Assembly: GCF_006345805.1 (NCBI RefSeq)
Contig: NC_042998.1
Coordinates: 87,420,001-87,484,000 of the forward strand
From: Octopus sinensis
Taxonomy: Eukaryota
Reading direction: 5' to 3'
Length of the DNA stretch: 64,000 bases
Shown: one piece after another, positions 12,360-26,254 of the stretch
Position numbering within the stretch: position 1 is the stretch's first letter
Layout of the letters: every line of letters starts with the position of its first letter
Translations under genes and position numbers: made by a program
The notes under the pieces: generated by a model
What the model saw: only the letters and a program-made list of their open reading frames with translations
The model's database searches: none
What the model was told of the DNA's origin: nothing

Positions 12360-12665
12360 TATTGAGTCAAGTGAAGTCATTGACATGGCCAATGCCAGTG
12401 TTGCCTGACTGCATGCAAAAAGCACCATTCAAACGTGGTCAATGCCAGTATTGCCTGACTGGCCCTCGTGCTGGTGGCATGTAAAAAGTAGCCACTACAT
12501 TCTCGGAGTGGTTGGCGTTAGGAAGGGCATCCAGCTGTAGAAACTTTGCCAGATCAGATTGGAGCCTGGTGCAGCCTTCTGGCTTGCCAGCCCTCAGTCA
12601 AACTGTCCAGCCCATGCCAGCATGGAAAGCGGACGTTAAACGACGATGATGACGATGATGATGAG
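12360..12665 (+). mobile_element. RTE-type 3'-end repeat copy
   Basis: cactacattctcggagtggttggcgttaggaagggcatccagctgtagaaac...ggacgttaaacgacgatgat tail; similar - strand copies at ~10185-10420, ~10755-11090, ~57950-58290. Confidence 0.75.
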
Positions 12666-12817
12666 CAAGTCTATATTTCAAATATCTCTAGCATTTCATA
12701 CTTTTGTGTCAAATACTGACCAAATGACATCAATAGCTTACATTGTTTTCTCTCTCCTTCTCTCTCACATTTATTTATTTACTTATTTATTTATTTATTT
12801 ATTTATTTCATTTTCAG

Positions 12818-12925
12818 GTTATCAACATTGACAGGAAAATGGATCAAGTCTTACTGATTTTGAACATGATGTCTAAAACACGTTGTCTGGAGTTTAATGG
12901 AGACAAAAGCCACAAGAGCAGTTAA
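12818..12925 (+). CDS. KCNQ1: KCNQ1 terminal coding exon (helix D end, stop TAA)
   Basis: TTTTCAG acceptor, phase 0; VINIDRKMDQVLLILNMMSKTRCLEFNGDKSHKSS*; heptad pattern like VTQLDQRLALITDML; AATAAA at 12997-13002. Confidence 0.85.
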   Translation, partial: VINIDRKMDQVLLILNMMSKTRCLEFNGDKSHKSS

Positions 12926-13061
12926 CAAATGATGACTTAATCAGTTAATCAGCAGATACATTTTAAAAGAGATATATGGTTTTATATTTCTGGGACAATA
13001 AATCCACCAACTTACCTACCTTCTCATCACATCAAAACTCATTATCATTATTATAATTAGA

Positions 13062-13769
13062 CTGATGGATTGGTAGAATTGTAAGAGAGCTGGGCAAAAT
13101 GCCTTGTGATATTTAGCTACTGCTCTTTACATTCTGAGTTTAAATCATGCCAAGGTAAACTTTGCCTTTGATCTTTTCAGAGTCAATAAATTAAAGTACC
13201 AGTCAAGTACTGGGATCAATGTAATTGACTTGTCCCCTTCCCCTCAAAATTGTTTCTGATTGTGCCTAATGTTCTTAAATTAGAAACAATGATTATCAAT
13301 CATCATAATTATTCATGATTATCATTCATCACTTGGTGGGTTGATAATATATCTGTTATAAACTGCCTTATCAGTGGCAGAATCAGAAGAATGATGGACA
13401 AAATACCTAATAGCATTTAGTTTTGTCCCATCACATTCTAAGTTCAAATACAGCTAAAGTTGACTCTGGTCAACTGCCTCTTACTCCAAAATTCATGGCC
13501 TTGTGCATATGCTGTATATAGCTGATGGATTGGCAGAAAGAGTAGAGTGACAGGCAAAATTCCTTGTGGTATTTACTACAGTCTCTTTACATTCTAAGTT
13601 CAAATCCCACTGAGGTTGATTTTGCCTTTCATCCATCTGGGCACATTAGAGAAATTACCAGTAAAAAAACTGTGATTGATTTTATCAGCTGCTTCAAAAA
13701 CTCAAAATTTGTGGTCATGTGCCTGTGTGAGAAATCATTATTATTATTATATTATTATTATTATTATTA

Positions 13770-13823
<54 letters not shown>

Positions 13824-14153
13824 CGTTATTTATATTCCTTGTTTCAAGTTTGAATCCTACCAAATCAATTTTGCTGTTCATATCTTCAGGAAAGAAAGGT
13901 TGATAAAATAAATACTAATCATTTACTGAGGTATATGACTGTTTTCTATCAACTATACACTCACCCAAACAAATTAATATGTCAATGTAAGAAATCATTA
14001 TCATTTACCTATATAATACTGTATTTTACACTGAACTAAATTTTTAGTGCATTGGAGCATGCACTATAGGCCCAACTTCATGTAAGAACATGGGGTGATT
14101 ACTGAGACACTTTTGGTGAGGAAAAAGTATATCTTATATGCCACCAAACATGG

Positions 14154-14203
<50 letters not shown>

Positions 14204-14238
14204 TATATATATACATATATACACACACACACTCAAAA

Positions 14239-14269
<31 letters not shown>

Positions 14270-16280
14270 GTTCAAATTTATAGAAAAACTATGACAGTCT
14301 GTTAGTTTGATGTTTGGGAAAAATGGAAAAGTCTTTTACGTTTTGAAATGAAGGTATAAGAGGAAATAAATAGAGAGAGTATGAGAAAAAAATTTGTTAA
14401 GTTCAGTGGTCCAACATGGCAAATATATGTGTGTGTGTGTGTGTATCCATATATATATATATGTGTGTGTGTGTGTGGTGTGTGTGTGTGTGTGTGTGTG
14501 TATAAATATGTGTATGTGTATATATATATGTATATATATATATATATATATACATGTATATATGCATATACATATATGCATATATATAAATTCATATATA
14601 TATATATATATACACACATTTATGTGTATGTATGTGTGTATGTATGTATGTATGTATGTATGTATGTATGTATGTATGTTTGTGTGTGTGTATGTATATA
14701 TGCACCATATTTGATGGCATAAAAGACACACAAGCATATTTGATGCACCCCAATTTCACCAGAAGATATTCAGAAGAAAAGTTTTGAATGCATTAAAGCT
14801 TATGGGAAGCCAAAATTCACATTCGGGCCCCAAAGGGATATTTTTTAGGCATTGTTTCAGAAAAAGTGCATCTTATAATGCAATCAAATACAGTAATTGA
14901 AATCCTTTTCATTTATGCCTGTAATTCACTTAAGAAAGGCTTATACCTCACAACTTCCCATTTCTCCACTTTTATATAAATCTGTAACTATGTTCTTATG
15001 TAAAAAAAGAAAAAAAAATTACACCAAACTAGTGAGCACCAAACTAAATACTTCACAATGTTTTACCTTCTTGTTTCAGATATTTTGTTTATCCTCTGGG
15101 TTTGTCAAAATAAATGCCAGTGATATATTGAAGGAGTGATTTATTATATTATATTTTAAAATGGGCCCTGTTGAAAATCAAAAGGAACAATCTTCATCAT
15201 CATTAACACCATTAGGATGTTGGACAGGCAGAATTATTAGAGCATTGGACATAATACCTTGTGCTATCTGTTCCAGCTCTGTATGTTCTTAGTTCAACTG
15301 CCACTAAGGCCACCTTTACAGTTTGTCTTTTATTTTTTTTGTGTGTGTGTGTGGTGGCAGGGAGCACTAAGATAAAGTACCACTCTAGTTAATGAGTGTT
15401 GATTAATACTCGCCTCATCAAATTTGTACTCCTTATAGAAACTAAGGGTTGTGAATTAGCAGTATTGCTTAAGAGTCAGACGAAATGTTTGTGGAATTTC
15501 TTCCAGCTCTTTACATTCTAAATTCAAATCAATAAGATAAGAAACACTCAAATACTTACTTGATTGTTGGTTTTGTGCTAAAATTTAAAATTATTATAAT
15601 TATTATTACTATTAATAATAATAATAAGGCAGCGAGCAGGCAGAATCATTAGCACACTGGATGAAATGCTTAGCGGCATTCTGCCCATCACTACGTTCTG
15701 AGTTGAAATTCTACTGAGGTCGAATTTGACTTTCATCCTTTCGGGGGTCGATAAAATTAGTACCAGTTATGCACTGGGGTCAATGTAATCAACTATCCCC
15801 ACCTAAAAAATTTCAGGCCTTGTGCCTTTAGTAGAATGGATTATAGAAAGGGTGAAATGCTTTGCAGTATTTTGTCTGCCGTTATGTTCTGAGTTCAAAT
15901 TCCGCCGAGGTCAACCTTGCCTTTCATCCTTTCAGGGTCTATTAAATAAGTACCAGTGAAACACTGGGATCAATGTAATCAACTTAATCCCTTCCCTTAA
16001 ATTTGAGGTCTTGTGCTTCCAGTAGAAAGGATTATTATAATTAATATTGTTGCTGTTATTGTTATTCAGGCAGGAAGCTGGCAGAATTGTTAGCATGCTA
16101 AACAAAATGCTTAGTGGCATATTTTTTGTCTTTATGTTCCGAGTTCAAATTCTGCCATGGTTGACTTTACCTTTTATCTTTTTGGGGTTGATAAATTAAG
16201 TACCAGTTGAATACTGGGGTTGATATAATCAACTATCCACCTCACCCGAATTTCAGGCCTTGTGCCTATGATAGAAAGGA

Positions 16281-16328
<48 letters not shown>

Positions 16329-17592
16329 GGCAGTGAGCTGGCAGAATCATTGACATGCTGGATAAAATGCTTAGTATCTTTCCATCTATCTTTATGTTCT
16401 CAGTTCATATTCCACTGTGATCAACTTTAGCTTTCATCCCACTGGGGGTCAATAAAATAAGTACCAGTTGAGCACTGGGTTGATCTAATCAACTTACCTG
16501 CTCCCCTGAAATCGCTGGTCTTGTGCCAAAATTTGAAAGCATCATTATTAAGATGAGCTGACAGTATCATTAGCATATAGGACAAAATGCTAGTGGCATT
16601 TTGTCCATTCATGTTCTGAGTTCAAATTTTGCTAAGGTTGACATGGCTTTTCATCTTTTCGGGGTCGATGAAATAAGTACCAGGGACCAGTTATTCACTG
16701 GGGTTGATATAATTGACTTTCCCTCTCCCTATAAAATTTCAGGCCTTGTACCTGTAGTAGAAAGGATTATTATTATTATTGTTATTACTGAGTGAGAGAG
16801 CAGTGCATGTCATCAAAGTGACACTGGTGTAAAATATACTACCCATCTGATAAGGGTACACCAAGCACATGCATCACAACCATATGTGTACAACATAGTG
16901 ATCTCATACCAAGATAAACAGCACTTGACCTTGTAGGTAGGGCCAAGTTAGAATTTTCTTCAGGTCAAGTAGCCCATCCCACGCAAAAGGTCCCTGAATA
17001 AGGGTTGTTTAAGGATGTTGAACAAAACACCCCTGTTTCCAAAGGTGAATTATTCAAACCCCAAAGAATTCCTCTCAACACATGACTATGATGCTCCTCC
17101 ACTACTTCTGCTCATGGTCAGAGATGCACATATTGTCAGCCACTAAGGGACATACTCAACTGGTTAACATCAAGTAACTGACAAGCAAATCTATGGTAAT
17201 GAGCAGAGTATTTGCTGTAGCCCATCTTTTATACCAAGACAAAACAATGTACATGATAACACTTCCAATCAGTTAAAATGAGAAGCCATGAGAGCCACTG
17301 CCTGGTACTGCATCAGGGCATTTATTATTATTATTATTCTATGTTTGACTTTTGCTTTATATTTGTACAAGTTGGCTCCAAGTCTCACCCAGAGACCTCA
17401 AGAGACAACAGGGTTGGAAGTTCATGTTGTTGTTATGCCTAGTGTGCCATATATTTGGGGGGTGGGGATGTTGTACTAATGAATGTCTAAAAAAAAAAGA
17501 GTCTTTTTTTTTTTTTTTTTTTTTTTTAAACCGAAAATTATGGTTGTTTTAAACCTTGAGGTTACATAGAGTTATTATTATTATTATTATTA

Positions 17593-17624
<32 letters not shown>

Positions 17625-17876
17625 GGTGGTAAGCTGGCAGTATTGTTAGCACACTGGGCGAAATGCTAAGTGGTATTTCGCCTGTCTTCACATGCTGAGT
17701 TCAGATGCCACCGGGGTCAACTTTGCCTTTCCTGTTTTGGGGATTGATAAATTAAGTACCAGTAATGCACTGGGATTGATGTAATCAACGTAATCCCCTC
17801 CCCCAAATTTTAGGCTTTGTGCTTCCAATAGAAAGAATTATTATCATTATTATTATTATCATCATCATCATCATCA

Positions 17877-17910
<34 letters not shown>

Positions 17911-18470
17911 CATTATGAATTTTATACACAGAAGTTAAGAACCAGACTAAACAACCTTACAATATTCACTCTCATTCTTATATGTCCTCATTTCTTTCCA
18001 AGCATCAAATTTGTTTTTAATCTGTTTTTAAATTAATAACGTAAGCACCACCACTAACATTGTCAATGCAATAAATTATGGATAGGATGTTAGATAGTGG
18101 AGTGGATAAGGTACTGGACTTGGAATATCTCCTCATTGTTCAAATCAGTTGCAGGTGTTTTGTTGTATTTCTGAGTGGAATGCTTTATTCCACATTGTTT
18201 CGGATCATCTTTGGTTTTTCAGATATAAGCAGAAGAACAGTTGAGAATATTATCTTCATTGGGAAGGCAGTGAACTGGTAGAATCATTAGCATGCCGGGG
18301 CAAGCTGCTTAGCATCTTTATATTCTGAGTTCGAATTCTGCCAAGGTCAACTTTGCTCTTCTTCCTTTTGGGGTTGATAAAATAAGTACCAGTTGCAGAC
18401 TGGAGTCGACAAATTTGACTTTAACCCTTCCCCAAAATGCTAACCTTGTGCAAAAATTCGAAACCAATAT
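13062..18470 (+). repeat. Cluster of at least 11 same-orientation tRNA-derived SINE copies separated by (ATT)n
   Basis: Recurrent ggcagaat...ttctgagttcaaatt...gactttgcctttcatcc...taagtaccag...ctggggtc..tgtaat modules at ~13062, 13373, 13520, 15215, 15627, 15850, 16070, 16327, 16553, 17625, 18272. Confidence 0.85.
14150..14705. repeat. Compound (TA)n/(CA)n/(TG)n/(TATG)n microsatellite field
   Basis: Direct reading. Confidence 0.95.
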
Positions 18471-19199
18471 TATCTTCATTGGAATGATTTATTTTCCTCT
18501 GCTTAATAACATGAAACTAGAACTAAGCACTGGTCACTTAAGAATGTCTTTGTATTTTATGAGTTCACTAATATTACATCACTACCAACTAGATTACCTC
18601 ACCATTTTTGAAAAGAAAAAAAATACTTTATGCCATGTCATAAAGGACACCAGTGCCAGAACAAAAGATTATCATAGACGAATACTAATAACTATGATAA
18701 AGGTAGGAATTATCACAAGAGGGTGGATGATAGTTGCATTTAAATGTTAATTTTTGAACAAATTATCTGATTGCCCAGCAGTGGTTATCAACCTGTCTGT
18801 GGATATTTGTAGGGTCTTGCAAATACAGAACAGGGAGCTGTGAGCTGTGTTCAAACTTTTTTAAAGAGTTGCATTGTAAAATGTATAATTATTCAGTCAC
18901 TTATGGTTTTTTTTTAATTTAGAGATGGAGCTGGGGAAATTAATTAGTTATTTACTATAATTAAAATCAGTTAATTTAGTAGATGGGTTATTCAAAAGTC
19001 TGAAGTCTGAGGGTCCATGAAAAATTCATTTAAATAAAGTGGTTCATGGTTATGAAAAAGTTAGGGACTGCAGCTCTGTAGGTAACAAAGAATAACAGTT
19101 TTCTTTGAATATTATCTTTATATGTAAAAGAAGATAAATAATAGTGTCAGTGACTGCTTTTTGAGCCAGGATATTTTGAAATTGCTTCCTCTTACTTCC

Positions 19200-19231
<32 letters not shown>

Positions 19232-19575
19232 ACTTCTTGTGCAAAACACACACACACACAAATCAAAAAACAAATTCTCCTACATCATTCCTGGTAATAT
19301 TTGACTCCTGGTTTATTTTCTTAGATTCCTAGTTGAAACCATTTCTTTTACTTATGCTGATATTGCCCATAAAAAGGCATAAACATCAAAAATTCACATC
19401 TTCCTTCTACTATAGATTTTAGGCTTTGTGTTGATGTTAGTAAACAAAATGTATTGGTTGGCATAGGCAAGCTCCACAGAGTAGAGACAAGCTCCTGACA
19501 AACTGAGTTTGTGACTTTGTTTTGACTGGAAGTATGGCCAACTATGCTGCTGCTGCTGCTGTTAATGCTGTAGAG

Positions 19576-19797
19576 TAGCATTTCTCAACCAGGGTTCTGC
19601 AAAATGTTCCTTGGGGTTCCACAAAAAAGAATGAGATAAGCTAATGGTAATTCATGATTGTGATATTACTAAACAAGCACAACATATCATTGGTTATTGT
19701 AATATTGTAATATTGACAACATCCTATCTAACCTATTATGTTATCAAAAAAATATAACCATTGGGGATATATTTAGTGATGTCTGTAATTTATGGAC

Positions 19798-19835
<38 letters not shown>

Positions 19836-19966
19836 ATTTACCATGTGAACTATGATGAAGAAAATATGAGAAAGATATGGTACATAATTTTTTTTGTGCA
19901 GGGATTCCTTGAGACTTGTAATTTATTTTAAGGGCTACACAAGGGTAAAAAGGTTGAGAAACACTG
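19576..19966. mobile_element. hAT-Charlie-type MITE
   Basis: Ends TAGCATTTCTCAACC / GGTTGAGAAACACTG; 8-bp flanks CTGTAGAG and CTCTAGAG (7/8), matching the Charlie NTCTAGAN target. Confidence 0.75.
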
Positions 19967-21964
19967 CTCTAGAGAAAGGCGTGGACATCATATAAGCTCA
20001 GTTCTACTCTTCTGCAAATCTTAGATTTAAACTTTGGCTGAATTAAATATACCAGATTGCTGCCAAAGAATATGCTGATTTTATCAAAAGTTTATTGGTT
20101 GACTTCACTTACCTTTAGTTTTCCAATAAAATTATGGGAAAGAAAAGCTAAAAAGTCTGTGTAAAGTTAGTGGATTAAGGCTGTAATGAATTATATTATT
20201 TCTCTGCAATATTTACAGTTAGCTAAATTGATATGATGTCACAGTAATGATCAGAGTGTTAGTGGTCTGAATCTCATCACTCGTAGTGCATTATGTGCAT
20301 AATCAAGGCATTTAAATATCTCCAGCCCAATCTACACAGGTAGCTGTATAAGTTTATCATATAACTGCAAAGATCAGAAACAGAGTATAAGTGGATATCT
20401 AAAATCCTTGCTGTGCTAAGTTCATATTTAAGTGATAAATTATTCACACAGTTGTCTTGTTTTAAATAAGTCTATCACCACAACAGCTTAGTAGACTCAA
20501 TATAAATGGAGTCTCTTAAAATTGGAGAATTGAGATAAAATGCTATGATTAGGGACACATTTGGACATTAATGATTCGGCACAGCTGACTGGATGCTTCA
20601 ACAGCAGTAATATTCCATGCTAGAGGCAAACACACACACATGCATACATGATCATGCAGAAATATACACATACAGATAGAAAGAGGGAAAGAGAGAGAGA
20701 AGAAGAAGATGACAGTTCATTAATTGAACATGACTTGACATATACGCTTTCTCTCTCCTCATTCAAATAAAGAGAGATAAGCTCACCCACATAAGCAGGG
20801 GAAAGAACATTAGGAGTATTAAAACATCTGATGTCAAATAAGTCAGCATTGAATCAGCAACACCAACTGGGTAGTACCAAAACAGCTGTGTCAGAATGCC
20901 TTCTACCTGAGTTGAGTGTGGGTAACTCACATGGTCACATGATTGATCAGATCATTGGATGTTGTTATACATTGCTGGCCACAATGTGCTTCACACTGTT
21001 TTAGCCACCCAGCTGGTTTGGTTAGCAGGCCAACATTCCCCTGATCGGAAAGCTAGTCCATTACAGAGTTCCTCATATACAGCAGAATGGACTGGAACAA
21101 TATAGAATGAAATGTTTTATTCAAGAACACAACATGCCACTCAGTCCAGGAACTGAACTCTCCATCTAGCAATCACGAATGCTATACCCTAACCATTAGG
21201 CTACACACATTTACTGAGAGTGGGTGATTAAGTGGTAATATCTAAGTTTTTTTTAAATTATTTTTTATAATTCTTCCTTCAAGATTTATCAGAAAATATT
21301 TTTTTTCACTTTTCCTTCTACAGAAGAGAATGTAGAAAATGTCTGTAATATACTGGAGAAAATAGTCTAACTGTAGAGTAACAGAAGAGTAAAGATCAGT
21401 GAAAGTGTTCACATCTACTGGCTGTGTTGCTAAAAAGAACAAATCATTTATTTTTCATAAAATTCTCAAGACATATTTTCCTTGTTGTAGCCTTCTATGA
21501 AGTCTTAACCTGGAAACCAGAAACCCTATTCAGTTAGACTAGTGGTTCCCAAATTCCTTCAAGCAATTTATTTTTGCTCCATGTATTTTATCACAAATTT
21601 ATCCCTACCCTGCCCTATTAACATTATACAGAGCAACAGTTTGTAGATGTAGCCTCATTTATTACAGATTCATTTAGCACTGATCTGGAATAACATAGTA
21701 TGCTCAACTGTGAACCATGTTATGCTTATCAAGAATTGATCTGTGATAACATGAGTCAGTGATCAGTCAAAGACTTGTACCACAAAAACACACCCGTGAC
21801 CAACCCAATGCTCAGCTACCCAGAATGCACTATCAATTGCTTGTGTTTACATCACTGTTCTGTAAGTTTGTGAAATTTTAATATGGATTTACATACTCAA
21901 ATTCATCAACATGAGACCAGTGAGCAGAAAAAATATGAAGGTGCTTTAAAAACAATGCAGATAA

Positions 21965-22080
21965 GTGTATTCTCTACAGGAAAAGGTAGGAATAATGGAG
22001 AAAATATGTGATGGTGGAAGATTTGCAGCTGTGGGCCACAAACTTAGTATCAATGAATCTATCATGCATTCCATTTACAA
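21965..22080 (+). pseudogene. Tigger/pogo transposase N-terminal HTH relic
   Basis: SLQEKVGIMEKICDGGRFAAVGHKLSINESIMHSIYK fits the TLxEKxxII...G.....xA..LxINESTVxxI pattern. Confidence 0.55.
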
Positions 22081-22856
22081 AGTGTGCTTAGATGATTCAT
22101 TTCTCATTGTATTATATTCTTTTAACCAAGCCTCCATGAGGATAGATGTACAACACTAGACAAGATAATAACAAAGATTTTTAAGAATTTCTTCATTCCA
22201 GTTTTTCAATGAATGAGACTCATTCATTCAAAATTATTAATTTCCAAAAATATGATACTCATTTCTTCCAAAAATACCAAATTCTAAGCTACGATACTTG
22301 GTTAGTTCACAGGACAGCCAACAAAGAAACTTCTAGGTAGTTACTAGAACTACTAGAAATAATGGTCAAATCTCTCTTTTATACTTCTGTTGAAATACTC
22401 TGCCTATGTTTTGATTAATTTTGAAAATAATGGAAAGTAAAATAAAATAACTTCGTACTTTTTGAGCTGAGGTTTGGAATATAAATAAACATAGAATTTC
22501 GATGAAAGATTTTTAACTTAGATAACTTTAAAAGAGGAAGTTTGTCCCATAGAACCATGGGCAGTCTCAAACAAATTGGTAACAATAGAGAACTCCCTCC
22601 TAAATTAAAAAAAGGAAAGAAAGTTTACATAATGTAATCCTAGATATATAAAAGGATGGGATGATCATAACTGGGATGTCTTTCACCATAGTTCTGCTCA
22701 AAGCTGACCCAGGGCTAAACACACAACAGCAACTGCTTTATAGTTCATAAAATTCTCATCATTAAAAATGAGTGAAATTAATAACATTGCACTTCAACAT
22801 GATCTAGAACCTCATCCACTGCAAGGAGTGGTACCTTGAAATTTGGGAACAAGCAA

Positions 22857-22952
22857 TAGGGTAGAGGGAAAAGAGGAAAGGGTAGAGGGAAAAAGTAGAG
22901 GGAAAGGGTAGAGGGAAAAAGGTAGAGGGAAAGGGTAGAGGGAAAAGAGGAA
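22857..22952. repeat. Purine-rich minisatellite (GTAGAGGGAAA core x6)
   Basis: Core at 22861, 22882, 22896, 22908, 22922, 22935. Confidence 0.9.
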
Positions 22953-24615
22953 CAGGTCCATTCTTGTCTGCACCATTTTCATTTTCCAAAATTTCCAAAA
23001 TGACTGATCGTATTCCAATATTATATGTTATCTCCTTTGCTTGTTGTTTTTAGATTTTAAATACACCCCATCCTTCACCTGTTAGGAGAGATTTTGTCGA
23101 CTAAATTTCATGGACAATCAATCTCAGTTAATCAAATATTTCTTCAACCTGCTCTTTACATATGTGAAACCCTAATGCATGTGATTTGGGAACCACTGGG
23201 TTGGACTGATTCCAATATATTTTGGAATATTTAATTATTAAATCAACATTTATAAAACAAAATATGAACTGGCTCACAGAGATTATACAGAAGAAACACA
23301 TTGCATTAACAATCATTTAATATCTCAATGAGACAAGCATTTAATAGTTTTTCTTTTTAAATAGTTCCTTTCTTTGCTTTAATTGATTGTCTTTTTTTTA
23401 ATACAAAATTCAATAGTAACCACGAGAAATTTTGATTTTTTTTAAAAATCATTTTATCAACTTTTTTTTTTTAGTTGAAAAATTGTATTATTGAAAAATC
23501 TTGAATAAATCTATTTAGAATGTGATATTTGTGTTCCTTTTTATTTAGTTTTTCGGAAGAAGATATTTTTCTTAATTAGTGATAGAGAATCCTTATGTGT
23601 CCTTGTCAATGGGAGGCCACACCTAACGAAATGAAATATCCTACATTACATGTCAGGCTCTGACCTGGAATTCACAAGAAGACACCTTAAAAATGGCTGG
23701 AGGCAAGACATTGAGACAGAGTTGAAAAAGCAAAGATGCAACTGGGGAGAAGCAGAAAAGTCAGCCTAGAGTCAATGTACAATGAAGAAAAGTCATCATT
23801 GGGAGTGAAGGGCTTCTAGGCGTTTTTTAAAAATATATTTAATAAAGATTATATGCATAAACAACATCATAAAGAAATTATGATACAATTCAAGAAAAGC
23901 AGCATCACAATGTTATTTATGCTATATTTATATTTCAGTTCAATACAAATAAAAGAAAATTATTATTTCTTAGTAAAAACCTCTTTCTCACTTTTCATTT
24001 TTTATAAATATTCTCTCTCCTCGGTTCTGTTGTTTATTTGAATCTAACTAAAAGTAATGAAGAAAATATGACCCTTTTCATGCACTCCACACTCTCTTTT
24101 GCTTTTTTTCTTTCATAACAGTTTATGCTTTTATCTCCCTTGACAACTAACTCTTTACTCTCATCTGTTTGCTGCTTCAGTCAGCTGTGTAACAGAGGCA
24201 CTAGCATTGCCAATCTATGTTCACAAAATTTCATAGCTGACTTACTGTAAAAGACAACGTATCTGGATAGATAAGGAACTAGAAATGAGTTCAAGCCTAG
24301 CTACAGGTATTGTAATGATATGATGTTGCTTAACGCAAATTGGACCTCTAAAATCAGGTACTTTTTCAATCAACATCTCCCATAGAGAAGAAGAAAATTG
24401 TATAAAAATTAAATATTTTTCAGGTGACATTCATTTAATATATAATAACTAAATAAAATCATTTTTAATATTTCAAACATCAAAGGTGGTGAGCTAGCAG
24501 AATCATTACCACAGTAGACAAAATGCTTAGTGGCATTTTGTCTGTCTTCACATTCTGAGTTCAAATTCCACCAAGTTTGATTTTGCCTTTTATCCTTTTG
24601 GTACCAATAAAATGA

Positions 24616-24618
<3 letters not shown>

Positions 24619-24657
<39 letters not shown>

Positions 24658-25648
24658 TAATAATGAAATTATTGTATACAGTGCTCAGGTGCACCACAAC
24701 TTGTCAAAAGTGTGTATAAAGCATATATAGTAATGTACAAATGTCTGGGAAGTGAACAGTGTATGAGTCAGATATATGCTTGCATGTGTATGGAGGGGAA
24801 AAAATCAGGGGTAGTATTAGCAAATCTCAGGAAGCATGGAAGTTTTGAAGGATACAGTACTCCGACAACTAACAACTAATGCCAGAAGTTTGTTCCATAC
24901 TTCAGCAACTCTTAGCGTGAAAAAATGTTTCTGAAAGTTATGGGAGCTGTGCTGTTTTCTGACTTTGTAAACATGTCCACGGATGTTAGACAGGTGGAGT
25001 TTGAAAAGGTGCTCAGAGTTACTGTTAGTAAGATGGTTAATAATTTTATGGCTGTCTGCCAAGTCAGCTGCCAGATGTCGGAGTTTCAATGTATCCATGC
25101 CCAGGGAAGTAAGGTGTTCAGAATATGGCAAATACCTGATGGAGGGTATTCTCTTAGTTGCATGTTGCTGAACGGTTTCCAGACAATATCCTGGGCAAGA
25201 TAGTGGTTCCAGACTGGTGATGCAAATTCCAGGTGAGGCCACACCATAGCTATATAAAACCTCAGATAGATAGCCAGAGAGCGGCTGTCCTAGAACTGTG
25301 ACAACCTCTTTTTGGCCAATAACGAAGGACTTCAACCAGTTATAGAGCTCATCTCTTACACCCATTGCAGAGAGTTTCACCATAAGCGTTTTGTGTGGCA
25401 CAGAATTAAAAGCCTTAGCAAAGTCCAGGTAAACAACATCCACCCAGGAGCCGCAGTCAGTAATTCGGGTAATGTCCTCAAGAAACTCAATGAGTTGATT
25501 ACAGCAGCTGGATTTAGGAATAAATGCAAATTGTGATGGTTGGATAAGGCTGTGAGACTTCCAGAAGTTCCGGAAGGTTTCTCTGACACAGGATTCCATC
25601 AGTTTGGCGATGCAGCTAGTAAGACTGATGGGGTGATAGTTAAGAGGC
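24619..25648 (-). mobile_element. CR1-type LINE, 5'-truncated and internally deleted, inserted in a SINE
   Basis: PISLTSCIAKLMES, QFAFIPKSSC, VDVVYLDFAKAFNSVPH, C-terminal RGH...FFTLRVAEVWNKL; (ATT)n tail; GAGTA repeated at both junctions; SINE halves at 24483-24618 and 25649-25735. Confidence 0.85.
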
Positions 25649-26254
25649 GAGTACCAGTTGAACACTGGAGTTGATGTAATTAACTTACTCCCTTCCCCAA
25701 AATTGCTGGCCTTGTGCCAAAATTTGAAACCAATATTTCAAACATGATGAAACTAGTCTCAAATCGAATATCTAGTAATCCAATTTATTAACAACAGTCA
25801 TTTGGCCCATTGGTAAACACTTCCATTTCTATGGACATTGAAGGAGATAGTTTGATATGTAATAAGGCAGAGTGACACTGTGACTCTACTAGTTCACAAT
25901 AAAGTACACAGAACTTGTAATGCCAGAAGCTCAGTCAGTTGATGACATCACTGAATTGCCGGTCTGTTGTGAATCACTGCTATCACATTTACCTTCCTAC
26001 AACCAAAGGTTTGATACATAACCCTAGTCTGTAACCCTGGTTTTAGGGATCTTGCTGGAGATATCTGAGCCCAAAATTCATGAGCAGCATGGTTACTCCT
26101 TTGAAGAACTAATACATTACCTGCAATCCCTATGTAGTGAAAAAAATCAAGACAATATCAGTTGGGGACTAAAATCAACAGACATGATTGTGAAGTTAAG
26201 AAGTTCACTTTGCAACCATATGGTTTTAAACTCAGTCTCACTGTTTTGAGTCTT

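Larger units (their letters stand above)
21540..23198. mobile_element. Candidate 1.66-kb hAT-Charlie-ended composite
   Basis: TAGTGGTTCCCAAA / TTTGGGAACCACTG inverted ends; flanks AGTTAGAC and GGTTGGAC (6/8). Confidence 0.45.

Noticed and set aside
13564-14737. ORFs of 75-133 aa rich in I/Y/C/V/H/L (also 6535-6873, 876-1181, 35398-35696)
   Set aside because: Translations of microsatellites; no splice or homology support.
21324-21370. Strong + strand acceptor as an alternative KCNQ1 terminal exon
   Set aside because: Phase 0 splicing from 7345 gives only KRM*; the longer reading (EENVENVCNILEKIV) is in an incompatible phase.
24242-24430. - strand exon-like ORFs between KCNQ1 and RPS26 (also ~20113, ~21253, ~25990, ~29560)
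   Set aside because: Some splice-like signals, but no recognisable homology and no consistent phase chain could be built.
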